A DNA stretch of 64,000 bases from the human T2T-CHM13v2.0 reference genome, Homo sapiens. Shown piece after piece: positions 1 to 14,546 of the stretch (the first letter of the stretch is position 1; every line of letters begins with the position of its first letter). A program made the translations under genes and the position numbers. Location: the NCBI RefSeq assembly GCF_009914755.1, contig NC_060926.1; one strand, 5' to 3'. Below the pieces are notes generated by a model. It searched no databases and was not told where the DNA came from. It saw only the letters and a list, made by a program, of their open reading frames with translations.

Positions 1-26
1 TACTGGAATTTAGATATTTTCACTAA

Positions 27-496
<470 letters not shown>

Positions 497-1489
497 AATC
501 ATAGCTCTTTTAATACTCTGAGCCATTAGGTATTTGTCCCAGATAATCTACATTCACAAATAGAGGAGTACTTTCATTTTTACACAGAAGTGAAGAAGGA
601 AATTTATAAGTTAGAATTCTTAAGAAAGATAATTGAAAAGATTCTTAGATGTTTACCCACGTATTGGCTGTCTGGGTGGCTCTAATTATCCAACTTGCTC
701 GGAGTTTTGTAGCCTTACAATAGTTGAATAAAAATGACCCCACTTTTGTCCCTACCCTGGGTCTCATAAATAGTGTGAAACACATCATTTTCTTTTTTCC
801 CCTGCTGCATCCCCACCTCCCATTTCACTTCTTATTGCTATCCCCTTCTATCCATTCTGCATGGACCCAGATGTGAAACGCATGTGTTTTCATTTATTTC
901 CATAAAACACATTCACACCAGGCAGTGGGGCTGAAGATTTGTTGTGTGTCTTGGAATACAAGGGCATTATATTCACAGCACAGCACAGCCCATAGCATTA
1001 ACCTAAGTATCAAACATCCCTGTTCTTTAGCAGGACTGGCCACCAGCCAGCCCATTTTCTCAGGACCTGGCTCTGGATGTCTTGCTGGGCCATCTTCTTT
1101 ACCTTCTGTTATCTTCCATTGCTTTCCCTAGTCTTGAAACACTTGACTCACCTATCTCTAGCTGAAGCAAAACATTCTTCTTACTTTATTATGCAAGCAA
1201 TATAATTTCATTTATCAAATTGCTAGCTCATTTTAGACAACTTCCAAATGCAGAACCAAAGATGGCTCACCAAGGTGTTTTTGCTAAACTGGGAAATTTT
1301 TTCCATGAGAAATTCTTTCACCTGCTTTTATCCTATCTGGCCCCTCCCATCTATCACCACACCCACACAGATCCCTACACAAGGTTTTGTAGCACATTCT
1401 ACCTGTTGAAGGCGATTCAGCCAGCAAAAATTTAGGCTTTGAAGGACACTTGGAAGAGACCTGGGATTCATTTCCATTTCTCCCCATTC

Positions 1490-2210
1490 CTTTCCAAACA
1501 TAGCCAACCCTAAGTCCTGTTGATTCTACAGTACTTGAAACACTTCACTGCCCTTTGCTGCTACTCTAGTCCAAGCCACCATTATCTTTTCACCAGGATT
1601 AGTGCCAACAGCCTCCCAACCTATTTTTGGGAGAAAAAAACTTTTCCTCTACCAACTTTATTGGTTGGTAGTGGTTGAGAGGTGTGGGGGAGGCTGAAAA
1701 TTAATTGACAATGACAGATTAAATGGAGAAAAGTTTATTTTCACATGCATGAGGGAGCACTCCATAACAGGTGGCTCTATAAACAGCTAGGGGTAAGGGT
1801 TTATATACTAGCTTAATAAAGGGGGAGTTTAGGGTTTCAAATAACAGAGGTTTTAATTAGGATTCTTTATACTTTTTTTTTTAATGTCCCAGTTCTCAAG
1901 GCTCAAGTGCCTCTCTTATAGAGACTACCCAGGATGGGTGATTTGTGGCAGCTGACTCTACTTTTGTCAGATAAGGGAAGTTCAGATAAGACTTTTTTCT
2001 GCATCTGTTAGAGCTCAGGTGTTTTCACTTTGAAGAAATCTTCATACCATTTTGGTGGGTTGTTGGTCCCTATGCCGTCTCCCTACTTCCAGTCTTATCC
2101 CCCACAAATCTGTTCTCCACATTACAGCCAGAATGACATTTCTAAAACACCTGATCATGGCACTCCCCTTCTTAAAAAAACTTCAGTGGCTTTTCACTGC
2201 CAAGGATTAT
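1490..2210. mobile_element. L2 fragment interrupted by a probable ERV1-class (MER4-group-like) LTR remnant at about 1625-2074
   Basis: L2-like flanks (ctagtccaagccaccattatc...cagcctccc; ccacattacagccagaatgac...ctgatcatggcactcccc) surround an unrelated 450-bp block resembling recalled MER4-group LTRs. The family was not verified. Confidence 0.4.
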
Positions 2211-2882
2211 GATTTATAATCCTAGATTTACCAACTTGCCTAATAAAGCTTAAAGAACAAAAGGCTAAAATTGTATAAATCTAGCCTAGTTGGCTAAAGT
2301 TGATTTCCATGGCAGGAGAGGTAAGGCAAGCTGCATAAATTATGGTATACAAAAAGTTAGTCTTTAGTGCCATCCCACATTTGTATCATTTCTGATTTCA
2401 CTTCTGAAAATCACTGCTTTGGGCTATATGCCAGGTATTAAATCTTTTTCTCTTTCCTTAAATTTTAATTAGCACTTCATTCCTTCAGGGCCTTACCGAA
2501 ATGCCTGGCTAAGTTCATAAGCTTATTCTTATGAGTGTTAATAAGTTAATGTACTATGAATTTCCACATGCGGTGTTTCTATTTCACCAAGGCCCTTCAT
2601 GATTTACTCCACAGGGTGACTGTAAAAGGCATTTTAGACCCTGAAGCAAAACACTGAGGAGAAATTTTGAGCAATGGGCTTTTGAGCACCTTTTAAATGA
2701 TAGGCTTTTTGCACTGCCTATGAATAGAACTGGTCCTGGAGGGAAGAATTCTATTGCCTTTGTGTAATCTGAGCCCCTCTAGAAGAGTTCATGCACCTCT
2801 ATATGGCCTTATTATGTAGGACAGCTTCAGTGACTACAGTGATATTTTGCTAACCATCTGCGATTTCTACTTGAATTGACCA

Positions 2883-4100
2883 TTTTTAATAGCTTTATTT
2901 AGATATAATTTACATGCCCTAAAATTCACCCATTTAAAATGTACGTTTCAATAATTGTTTGTATATTGACAGACTTGTGCAACCATCACTACTATCTAAT
3001 TTTCAAATATTCTCATCATCCCCAAAAGAAGCCCTATACTCTCATTAGCAGTCATTCTCTATTTCTGATTCCAATACCCCAGCCCAGCACTGGGTAACAA
3101 ATGGTCTATTTTCTGGCTCTATAGATTTCCCCACTCTGGATTTTTCATATTATTACAATTATACAGTATGTAATCTTTCTTTTTTGACTGGCTTCTTTCA
3201 TCTAGCATAATGTTTTCAAGGTTCATCCATATTGTAGCATGTGTTAACACTTAATTCCTTTTAATTGCCAAATAATATTTTATTATAAGAATATACCACA
3301 ATTGTTTATTCATAATCAGTTACTGGACATTTGGGTTGTTTCCACTTTTTAGCTACTATGACTAATGCTGCTGTGAATATAGATATACAAGTTTGTGTGT
3401 GGACATGTTTTCAATTCTCTTGTGTATATACCTAGTTGTGGAATTGCTAGATCATACAGTAATTCTATGTTTAGCATTTTGAGGAATTGACAGATTGTTT
3501 TCAAAGTGGCTACACCAGTTTACATTCCCATCAGCAATGTATGAGGGTTCCAATTTCTCTGCATCCTAACGACCCCTTTTATTGCTATCCTATGTGTATA
3601 AAGTAGTATCTCATTATAATTTTGATTTGCATGTCCCTAATAACTAATAAGGTTGATCATATTTTCATGTGCTTTTGGCCATTTGTATATCTTCTTTGGA
3701 GAAATGCCTATTAAAATCCTTTTCTAGTTTTTATTTTCTAAAAAATTATCCAGTTGTGAGTTGTTTATATATTCTTTATATATGACTTGCAAATATTGTT
3801 TCCCATTCTGTGGGCTGTCTTTCCTTTCTTGTTGTTGTCTTTTGAAACATTAAACTTTCTAATATTAAAGAAGTCAAATTTATCTATTTTTTGTTGCTTA
3901 TATTTTTGGAGTCATATCCAAGAAGCCATTGCCTAACCCAATGTCATATTTACTCATGTTTTCTTCTACGAGTTTTATAATTTTAACTTTTACTTAAGTT
4001 CTTTGATCCATTTTGAAACAATTTTTGTATAGAGTGTGAGATAGGGGTCTACCTTAATTCTTTTCCACGTACTTATTCAGTTGTCCTAGTGCCATATTTT
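2883..4100 (-). mobile_element. Old L1 (L1MB-like) 3' end with ORF2 C-terminal remnant
   Basis: Typical antisense L1M text: ttttaatagctttatttagatataattt...aaaattcacccatttaaa, ggacatttgggttgtttccac, tacattcccatcagcaatgtatgagggttcc, tcttctttggagaaatgcc. Confidence 0.88.
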
Positions 4101-4409
4101 GAAGTTAACTGTGGTTTTAAACCACTAACAAGGAAGCTATAACTTTAGTAGTTATGTTAGTTATCTGTCACTGAGTACCCTAGCAAGCAAATTCAACTCT
4201 GAGGGGCTTTATGTATCAATATTTGTTCTGTAAATTTGTACACATTGTACACTGTTCTTGCTTTTGAATATTGTGTTGGTATTGTTCTTTTAAATATCTC
4301 AGATGTTTGGATGTATTTCTTACCTCCAAAAAATTATTTACTATATTTAAGGTGAAAATGGATGACAATTTTCAAAAGTAATTTAATCTTGACCTACACA
4401 GAACTTAGA

Positions 4410-4640
4410 AATTCATCCATTTATTCCCTTCACAAACACTTATTGAGGAAAAAATATGTGCCAGGTATTCAATACTGAGGATTTAATAATGAACAAAACA
4501 TAGTCCCTGTCCTCAAGGAACAGTTTGTAGAGAGAAGAGGTGAAAAGTGTATGAAAATAGGTATATAATAGGTCAGATATCAATATGTGTTATAAAGAAA
4601 ATGAAAGAGTAAGAGGATACAGAGTGATACAGAAAGGGGT
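4410..4640 (-). mobile_element. L2 3'-end fragment
   Basis: attcatccatttatt...acttattgag...tgtgccagg...aacaaaacatagtccctgtcctcaagga resembles the antisense L2 terminus. Confidence 0.6.
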
Positions 4641-4642
4641 TA

Positions 4643-4825
4643 CTATAAATAGTATAGCATAGCATCTATTTATATAAACCTGCTATATTATAAATAGTAT
4701 AGTTATCTATTTATATAATAGTATAGTATAGTTATCTATTTATATAATAGTATAGTATAGTTATCTATTTATATAATAGTATAGTATAGTTATCTATTTA
4801 GATAAATAGATAACTATAGCTATTT
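4643..4825. repeat. AT-rich 29-bp minisatellite (agtatagtatagttatctatttatataat), about 4 copies plus a degenerate upstream copy, ending in an inverted repeat
   Basis: Units start at 4720, 4749 and 4778, with a partial unit at 4696. Read directly from the sequence. Confidence 0.92.
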
Positions 4826-7800
4826 ATTAGTAAAGCAGATATACTAATAAAGAGTGTTGCATACAATGGGAACAGCAAGTGCTGAAATCTGAGATTCAGT
4901 GTGCTTGGTTCAGCTCAATTTTTCCCTTTCTTCTATTTCTAACAGAAATGGCATAATTTCTGTACTAACTCCATTTACCACAGTTTCTTTTCAAAAAGGA
5001 TTTAGCCATAATGGATTATACATTGTATCATACCTAAGAAGATTTGTTTAGATAATGTTTCAAAATTCAATACATTTACAAACTAAAACAACTAACAAAA
5101 CATTTTACTATGATACATTTTGCATCCTTGCAGAAGCACTATTTATGATGTTGTAACTTCAATCCAATTCAACAAACTTTATTGAGCACCTATGGTGATA
5201 TTTCCAAAGTTATAATCTGTGGATCATATTTGTGGTTTAGAACTTCCACTAGAGACTTGACAATTGTTTAGGTAATTAGGAATAGTTAGTTAAGACTTAG
5301 TAATTTATGATAACTAGATTTATATTTTGACAATGCAGAAGGTAGTCAACATTGTCACTGGAATGACTTAATTCCAAGGAGCTATATGTTGAGAAATCTG
5401 GATAGTTTATAAACAGTCTACCTTGAGCATCATCAGTTATGACACACTGGGTGTGTACAGTGGGATCAGTTCATCACTTATGCCATATATGGCTCTGGTG
5501 ATTCAATGACTCACTGGAGCTAATGTTGGAAATTAGACGTTGTTACCTATGTACTATGTTCCCACTGAATATTAATATCCAAAGAAAAAATCTACTTGCT
5601 ACAAAAAGGTTCAGTGCATTTTACAGTCATTACTGTCTTCAATAGTCATTACTTTTCAGGAACAATACCCTGAAAATCCATGCCCCACCTTTCTCTGTTC
5701 GTCCTTGCCCCTGTTTGTGATCCCTATTTCAGATTACCTAGGGCAGCTAGCTAATATTCTGTGGCCTAGATATGTGAAAGTAAGATGATATAATACCTTC
5801 CCTATTTAGACTCGAATATTCCAAGGTTTCCCCAAATCTTCACATTTACTAGATGATCCTAGGTGCACTTAGACTTGCTCTCTGTATTTTGGCAGATAAA
5901 GCAAACATCCCTAAGTTTCAATGTTTCCAAGGAGTACCACTGCAAGTTGGTCTATGATTGAGGCATATACACAGTAAAAAAATTAAATTAAAAAATTAAA
6001 ATGCAATTATAGAATGCCCTCTTGCCTTTACATCAAATATATTCAATTATTATCTACTGCTTATGGTAAAATAATCCTTCTTGACCCTGACTTCACATTA
6101 AGACTATTTTCTCTTGGCTAGCATTTCTTATGTTCTATTTTCCACATTAAATTGTATATGTGTCATTTGACTGTCATGACCTAGAAGCATATTCATATTC
6201 TGCCTGTAGAGGGTTCTCAAAAAGTATTTACTAATTTATTATTACTATGCTTTGAAGTATTAGGGAGATAAATAGCACAATGATCCCATCGGGTTCAACT
6301 TTGTTTCTATTTCGGTTTTTGGTTTTGCTTGTTTAGTAAGATTTGGGTTTTTTTTTTTTTTTAAATAGAAGATGAGTGGGAAGAAAAGTTTAAAGTGTGT
6401 TATTTCTTTAGTAATATTTTTTCTTGTTTTACCTGCCTTGTAATCAGAAATAGATTTTAACTTTAAAAAAACATTGTGAGTCCTAATTGCTATTTCCTTT
6501 AAATGTGGCCGAAGTGACCGTCTTTAAAGGGTGTTACCAGATTTAAGCTTTGCCAAGTAAGGAAGGTGGAGCTGTGTGGGAATGAGGTTTTGTTTAATCA
6601 GGTTGTATAATATTTTGCTGAGACATGTTAGGGAAAGCAATCCAATGTGATGTGGACTCAGTATGAAATCACAGTCTGAAACTCACCTTATAAAATTTAG
6701 AGAACTTTTGCCATCCTCTTATAAAATTATATAGCAGTAATGCTAGGAAAATGAACTCTTGATTCAATGTATACATACAAGCCCTTCCCTAACATTTATG
6801 GGACTAGAAAGAGCACAAGTAGTGGCCCACATACAATATGCTGAATTATAAACCGTCCTAAATATCTTTAATTGAGTGGGTTCTATCCTCCTACCTTAGA
6901 AAATATACCTAAAGGCAAGGTTCAAATTTAAATTAAAATTCTTTGATTCCTTGTAGCTTCATGTTGAAGAAGTAGAGATGCTGGAAGATCCTGATTTAAA
7001 GCACATAGCCCAGGCCCCTCCTTGCACCTGCTCCCATCACCAGCTCCCACAACCAGCTCCTCCTTGCAAGATGAGGGATCTCAAGAGTATGCATGAAGCC
7101 ACTTCTGCCCACATATCCAAATTCCATCCAGACACCGTGCAAACAGCTGCCACTTGAGCATTCCTCAGGCCTAGAAGTGTTTCATACCCATGGGATAGTC
7201 CATTCCTGGAAACAGGCCTGTGGAAGAAGCTGAAGCAGGTACATGGCCATTTGGGGGTGGGGAATGAAATTCAGGGATTTCAAGTAACCACAGAAGGCAA
7301 AGAAGAGGTTATGGCTCAAGCTATGGGTGGGTATAATCCTTTGATTCCAAAATTCTTTGTCCTGGTCAAAGAACTGTAGCCAGAGGAGGGACAGAGAGAT
7401 TCTCTGAAGCATGAGGCCCACAACAGAGACCCTCTTGCCTGGGATAAAAGTCATACTCTGTAGTGTGTGTGAACACACATATGTATATCAACAATGCCAA
7501 GCCCCATATAATCATGTATTGATTATCTTATCTAAGGGAGAGCTATAATGTTATAAATGACCCAAAAGAGTGAGTAATACAACACATTTGTGACTGGGTA
7601 TATACTGCAATGATTAGTTGATTGTAGATATAGAAATACTTCATTTTACTAAAAAAAAGACTGAAGCCCCTCTCAGAAAAGCTTGGAAAGCTACCAAGTT
7701 TCCCTAATTTATACACTGAAGGATCAATTTCATCTTGCTCCTTGCTGGACTGCACTGCACTGCACTGCCTGCACTAGCAAAAATGCTGACTTGGTGATGC

Positions 7801-10800
7801 CCACTTCAACTAGGTTCCTCCTCTCTCACTGGTGGCTTCACATCCTCTTCCTTTGAGTGTCCTTGATCTTCTTGTATGCATGCTGGAAGGGGCTCTCTTC
7901 AAAGTTCTTAACACTTTAATCCCCTGAGCCACCAACTACCTTTGGCAAAGGAGAGAATTGAAGCTCAATCTTCAGTCTTTGGAATAAAAAATATTGAAGC
8001 CTTAACTATATTTACTTTTGTGATAGGTCGATATAGAGAGAAGATAATTAGAAAAATGGAGCATATGAATATGAAACAATTACCTTATTATGTGTGAATG
8101 TGAATTTTTTTAAAGAGTTAATGTTTTAGCTAAGGTCTGTATTTCAGGAGTGCAGAAGTCAAAGATGAGTGTGGGACATAGGAGAAGCTATCAAGTTATA
8201 TAAAATGCAGTAAAGTAATTCTTAATAAAAATGGCAGCAGATGTCTGAGCAAATATTACAAATACTTACATGTGAACTATTCTGCTATAATGCTATATTT
8301 AATAGTCAGATAACTTGAAACAGTGAATTTAATCTGTTGTGATCTGATTTGCCAGAATTTGCAACGAGACAATATATTTTACTAATATTTTAAGTGATCC
8401 ACATCCTGGATTATGATCATTACATCTTTGGGCTTCCTTATTGCCTAACCATGTTCTCAAATATTTTATTACTCTGTGAAGAAGAAAGTGGTTAATTGGC
8501 ATGTATAAATCAACAGAGCAAGTAAGCAAGAGTATAAGATCCCTGAGGATAAGGATGTCCTGTTTGCTCACCACCGTATTTCTAGAAACCTAGAACCTAA
8601 AACAGTTTATATATAGTATGGCTCTCAGTAAGTATTTGTTGGCTAACAAAATAATAATAGAAGTAATAAGAGAATAATATAACTAATGGAAATAATTTAT
8701 ATCAAGTGCCAGCTCTGGCCCGAGGAATAGTATTTTAGTACGATAGTGTTAGGTTGATTAGTATTTTCTATACTCTATGGCATTAAATCTTCTGGTATAG
8801 ATGAAGAAAATGAGGTTCAATGAGGTTATATAACTTTCCCAAGATAACACAGCTTGTGAAATGATGGACTTACCTATAAATATCATAAGTGATCAAATAT
8901 TAATCTTGATATAATTTATTAATATAATCAAATATGTGAATGAAAATAATAAAATAACTCTTGTTATTGGCACATCTGGAGTATAACAGGTATATATGGC
9001 CAGTCACTTCCTTTCAAAGTTGGAATCTTGGTTTGAAATAGGGAAGTCAGGAATCTGGGATGTAAAATCACAAAACTCTGTGCCCTAAGTGGTCCCGGTT
9101 CCTCTGACTCAGTGAGAGCAGAATTCCCAAGCAGACTTTTGATCTCTTTCTCGTAGTAATTAGTGGTCGAGGGCCTATTATGGCCGCACTTGGTGGGAAG
9201 AACAAAGGAGGGCAGAAATCAAACGGCTTCTGCCCTTCGCTGTCACTTGCTCTCCTGAACATTTCTTTCCAACTTGCTGCCTTCCTGGACTCTGGGCTTT
9301 GGTTACTCAGAACAATGGTCCTTGCAAGCTCACGTTGGCCTTACCTGACTTCCCTGGACTCCAGCCTGAAGTATAACAACTTTGTGCCCCTCCCAGCCTT
9401 GTCTCTACCTCCCATAGCCTTCCTGAGGCTCTCTAAGTCAGTGACTGCCAGAACCTCCTACCTGGCTAGTTAGACTCCTGTGCATTTTGTCTTAGTCTGG
9501 GCAACCTCACAACCACCTAAGAAATGAACTGCAGAAAACCTTAGCAGTTCTTAAAAAAAAATTGGGGAAAATAAATTAGCTCTTATTCTAAATTACATTA
9601 TCTGTTAGTATATTATAGTACTTATATGGTCTTTTCTCTGTTCATATAGGCCTAAAAGATGAATCTTTAAGGATGTAATGAGTATCTGGTGACCATTTTT
9701 GTTTGTCTGCAGGTACCTGGCAGTTGCAAAAAGGCTGGAGTGTGTTTGTGTGTGTGTGATTTGGGTTACTTTGGATTGTTTTGCTAAGGTGTTGTTAATG
9801 TTAGTTAGGGCCGAAATGAAATTGTCTTGCAAAAAACACAATGATGTCTTAACTGTAAATACTGATCAAACCAAATAAACTCACATCATATGCTATTCCT
9901 ACCATAAGCAGCAAGTATCTTTACACGGGATGACAGACTGACCACCAGGATTTAAAACAGTTAATAATATCGTCCCATATTTTAATATCTCTAGGGGATC
10001 GTTTTACTCATCAAGGGCAGAGTCAGAGGAGGAGAGGGAAAGAAACAGAGAGAAAATGTTAACTGGCCTTACCTAACAAGAGCTGAGCTAGTGTTATCTA
10101 TATTGTTTCACTGCAAAATTATATGTCTTCAAAAAATGTCCCTGTTCTTAAATGTGAATTTTATTATCATAAAAACCTTTTCAAAGTCCTAATAGGAAAG
10201 GTTATCAAAGTGTTTTCTCATTTCTAACCTGAGAAACTAAACAACAGCTAGATAAAATCTGGGAAGTTCTTCAACTGAACCAATTTGCTTAACAGCTGAT
10301 ATTAAATATTTGATTAAAATTTTACTTCTCAAAACTCAGTTTGGAATTGTAGTGAATGTTAATTTCAGAATGTCTCAGAGTAAAGGTACTTTTATATTGT
10401 CACTAGATTGGTCTATAGATTGGGTACCCACTAGATTGGGTATGTCTGTTTTCTGAGCTAAAACTGTTGGCATCTGGGAGTTTTGTGAATTCATTTGAAG
10501 GTGGAATGGCATATAAAATGAACAATGGAGTGGGAATGTGGGAATAAGAATTCCACTGGCTTCTGGTTCTATTAGCTTTGTCAATAACTAGTTTAGTGAG
10601 CTTGAGCAGGTCATTTAACCCCTATTGGCCTTAAAATTTTTCTTTGCAAATGAGGGGCTGAGCTTTGATATCTAAGGTCAATTAAAGCTATGGAATCATG
10701 TGACTCTTCCACAAGTTTCTTTCAAAATACACATTGCTTATTTATTTATATCTGAGCCTATCTTAAAGGTTTTACTGGACTTTATCCAATCATAGCTTCA

Positions 10801-11589
10801 GCAAACAATACGGCCACAGAAAGCCTACTTGCGTCACTTGGTTTTATTTTTTCACGCTCAAACAATACCTGGCAAACAAAAAAAAGGTTTCTGAATTGTG
10901 ATTGGCACAATGATACATGGTCAGCTGCACTGAGAATTTAGGCAAACTATATACATAGTCAGGGTGCAGAATGAAGGTGAGGGCTGATTTGTAGTTACTT
11001 GCATTTGTGAACCAAACAAATGTTGTAAATTGTGGGTGTGAGACGAATGCCAAAACCCAACAATTTTACTACTCTCCTACTCATTTGGCTTTTCCACTAG
11101 AATGCACACACACGCAGCAACATTTTCTGGTTTTCTCTCCTAGATCTTCCATTGAATGTACCACCATAGTCCATGCTTATTGTTTGCACTTCCTTGTTTC
11201 CGTGACATTACACAACCTTCTGCCTCTGCTCTCCTTTCCATATCTTAAATTTAGTCATACTACAAGACATATTCCTAAATCTTTTGGTCTTCTGTATTGG
11301 ATCTCGCTCCCTTAGCGTTTTCTGAACTGCAATTGTCACTAATATGTGGATAGCTCCACAATTTACATCTTTGATCACTTTTATATAGTTTAAAACTAAC
11401 TTATTATTAACTAATTTATTCAATAGACAGGAGATATATTATGAAAGGATTATTTTAGGTACAATGAAGTATTTGAGAAATTTTTTTTTAATATGTCCTT
11501 TCAAGAAAGAAGTGGTATATGATGTGTATCAATTCTTGCTGAATGCTTAGAAGGCATCCACAATTTTGAATAGGACTAAATTAGATATC

Positions 11590-11756
11590 CTATTTTTATT
11601 TTTACTTTTTTGAAACAGGGTCTCACTCTGCCACCCAGGCTGGAGTATGGTGGCACAATCATGGCTCCATGCAGCCTCAACCTCCCATGCTCAAGTGATC
11701 CTCCCACCTCAGCCTCCCAAGTACCTGGGAATACAGGCGTGTGCCACCACACCTGG

Positions 11757-11788
<32 letters not shown>

Positions 11789-11917
11789 TTTTTTTTTTTG
11801 TAGAGACAGGGTCCCACTATGTGGTCCAGGCTAGTCTCAAACTCCTCTGCTCAAGCAGTCCTCCCATCTCAGCCTCCCAAAGTGCTAAGATTACAAGTAT
11901 GAGCCACTGTGCCTGGC
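11590..11917 (-). mobile_element. AluJ-like element with a (CT)n(AT)n microsatellite in its central linker
   Basis: gaaacagggtctcactctg...gcagcctcaacctccc...ctcaagtgatcctccc are J-type motifs. ctctctctctctatatatat lies at 11757-11788. Probable TSD ctattttta. Confidence 0.9.
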
Positions 11918-13229
11918 TCCCACTATTTTTAGAAAGTCAGTAACTCATGATCTTTTATGATTTAGAAGTTATTTAGAGGAAAGAGAATTCAAGAATAAGA
12001 CTTTTGGGGTTTTAGAATATATTAATTTCTATGTCAAAGAAATCTTGCTCTTGTTTATAAAACATAAGATGCTGAAATACTGCCATTATTTGAAACATGA
12101 CTGTAGTCAAATTATTCCTCCTCTTATTCTCCAGTACCCTACTTTCCACACCTGTGGCCCAAGTCAGCATTCCTCATCTTTGTTTATGATAATCATCATT
12201 GCTGTGGTCACCCAGCCTTAAAATATTAATCAAGCCTATGGTTCTTCCCTTTCCCTCTTCCTTGTGCTCCAGTATCTTGTCAGACATTGAATTCTACAAA
12301 TTCCTGCTTCATATTATCTTTCAAAAGCACCCTTTGTATTCCTTTCGGCCCCATCCCAAGTCAATGTTCTCACACCCTGCATCTGCAATATTGCAACAGT
12401 CTTTTAGCTGCAGTCTAAATTCCATAACTCCCTTCTAAATCCCTACTGAAACCCTCCAGTTGAATCTTTGTAAAGCATTTTACCCAACTCATTGCCATTA
12501 GTAGCTCTCCAATGACTAAAGAATAAAGTCTAAATCCCTCACTTTCAAGAACCTACCACAAATTATCTAATCTGTTCAAGAAAAGTTTAACTGCTATATT
12601 TAGAAAAAGGAGAGAGATTGTTCATAACTGAGAACTTAATGTAAGGGGAGTTTTGATTTTTAGTGTAGTTTGTTTGTTTGCTTAATCTCCTATCTGAAAT
12701 AAAAATATAATAACTGTGAAAATATATTTTTAAGCAAATAAATTGACAAAGAATGCAGAAAGCAGAGGGATCTAGGATTCTTGTCTAAGTGAACTTGGGG
12801 ACCTCCTAGATATCACCAGAATGCTTTAGAAGCTTACGGAAGTAATATATTGAATGAGAACATTTAGTATCAAGGTTAGACTAAAAGTGAAGCAGGAATT
12901 TAATATGTTTATATATTGAGGCCTATGAGAAAGACTTATGGGCTAAACTAAGAAAATTATAATTATTCTAAATATTTGGTATTTTTCCTTAATTTGGAAT
13001 GAAATACCTTAAAACATATTTTAAGAAGGATCTTAATGAGATCCTTTTTGAATCTATACAACTTACTCAATAGAAAGAGCAAAAGTACTGCCTCATAAGA
13101 TTTTCTGAAAGCTGAAAATACATGAAAATAAAGATCCTCAAATATAACATCCTTGTATTATCTAGTAGAACTGGTAGCTCAATCCAATTATTTGAACCAC
13201 ACTCTAGAAGTTATGCAACAAAGTGAAAT

Positions 13230-13470
13230 GCAGTATAGAACTTATGAGTGCTCTGGAGTTAAGACTGTCCGGTTTCAGATCCTAGTGAAGTCCTTATTAG
13301 CTGTGTATCCTTGGACAAGGTACTTAATCTTTCCATGTTTTAGTTTCCTGAACTATAAAATATTGGTAATAACACTATATACTTCATAAAGTTTTGCTGA
13401 GCAATAAATGAGATCATGCATGCAAGGTGCTTAGAAAAGGCACCAAGTACATATTTGGGTACATATTAAC
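13230..13470 (+). mobile_element. MIR element
   Basis: MIR core: ctctggagttaagact...ttattagctgtgtatccttggacaagg...ttagtttcctgaactataaaat...aaatgagatcatgcatg. Confidence 0.75.
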
Positions 13471-14546
13471 AATCCTACAACTTAAGCAGTGTTCTACTTA
13501 TTTTACAGATAGGAACCAAGCCATGAAGAGATTGAGACTTGCCCAAGATAATACTACTACTAAGTGCTCAGCCTCCACAACTCCAAAATCTTTGCTCTTT
13601 TCCCACGTAGCTTCATTGTTTTTGTATTGCTGGAGATATAATAATGGATAAGACACAGGCCCTCCTTTCAAGGATAACACTTTAAATAGAGAAAAAAACA
13701 AGTGAATGGACAATTCTATATAAGTGTTCTGGGGGCACTGGTAATGAGGCATTTAACCCAGCATTGAAGGGCTGGGGATGGCTTATGTAGAGGTTTGCAG
13801 GTAAACTAGGTCTTGAAATGTGAGTAGGAATTAGGTCATGGGTTTGGGCGGGTAGAAAGTATCCTAAGTAGAAGAAATGTCAGGCAAAGGAGTGGAGAGG
13901 ATGCTGTACGTGCAAAGGGGCAAAGGCTGTGCGAAGACATGGGACAGTAGTATTTGCAATAGCTCATGAGGCTGGAATATGGAATTTAGCATAGGGTGGA
14001 GGACTGATTTTAAAGGGATAAGGTTAAAGAAGTTCTCTTTCACCAACCATGGAAATACAAATCAAGGAGGAGGAGTACAAATGCATGTACACAATGATGT
14101 ATACCCTGGAGCCAAATAATCAGTATCCTTAGATGTGTAGGCTGGTGCTCATAGACATTGAGGCATAGGCTAAAATCCTTTTAAATATAATGTATGCCAC
14201 AGGCTTGAGGAAATCAAACGTATCTATAGGTAATATATACTTCACAGAAAAAATAACCTTATTAGCAACGGAGAGAACTCCTTCTAGATATCTTTTCCTA
14301 AGGAAATTTATCTACATTCAAATTATATGTTCAAATTCCTGTGTTTCTAATAGGAAAGCATCTTTCTGACTTGTGTGAAAAATATTATTGGTAGTGTTTT
14401 ACTGTAACCTTTATCATGGCAATAGATCAACCAAGTTACACCTAGTAACCAAGTCAGTGCCCATAGATGGGCTACAGAGAAGAAGTGTTGAGTTAAGGAT
14501 CTACTCCTAAAGATATATTATCTCAAGATATATTAACAGTGGGTTT

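Noticed and set aside
4696-4800. 29-bp repeats of CRISPR-like length
   Set aside because: The units are head-to-tail with no unique spacers, there are no cas genes, and the DNA is eukaryotic.
9068-9473. Moderately GC-rich patch with 64-aa and 97-aa ORFs
   Set aside because: It has too few CpGs for an island, no recognisable protein similarity and no convincing splice structure.
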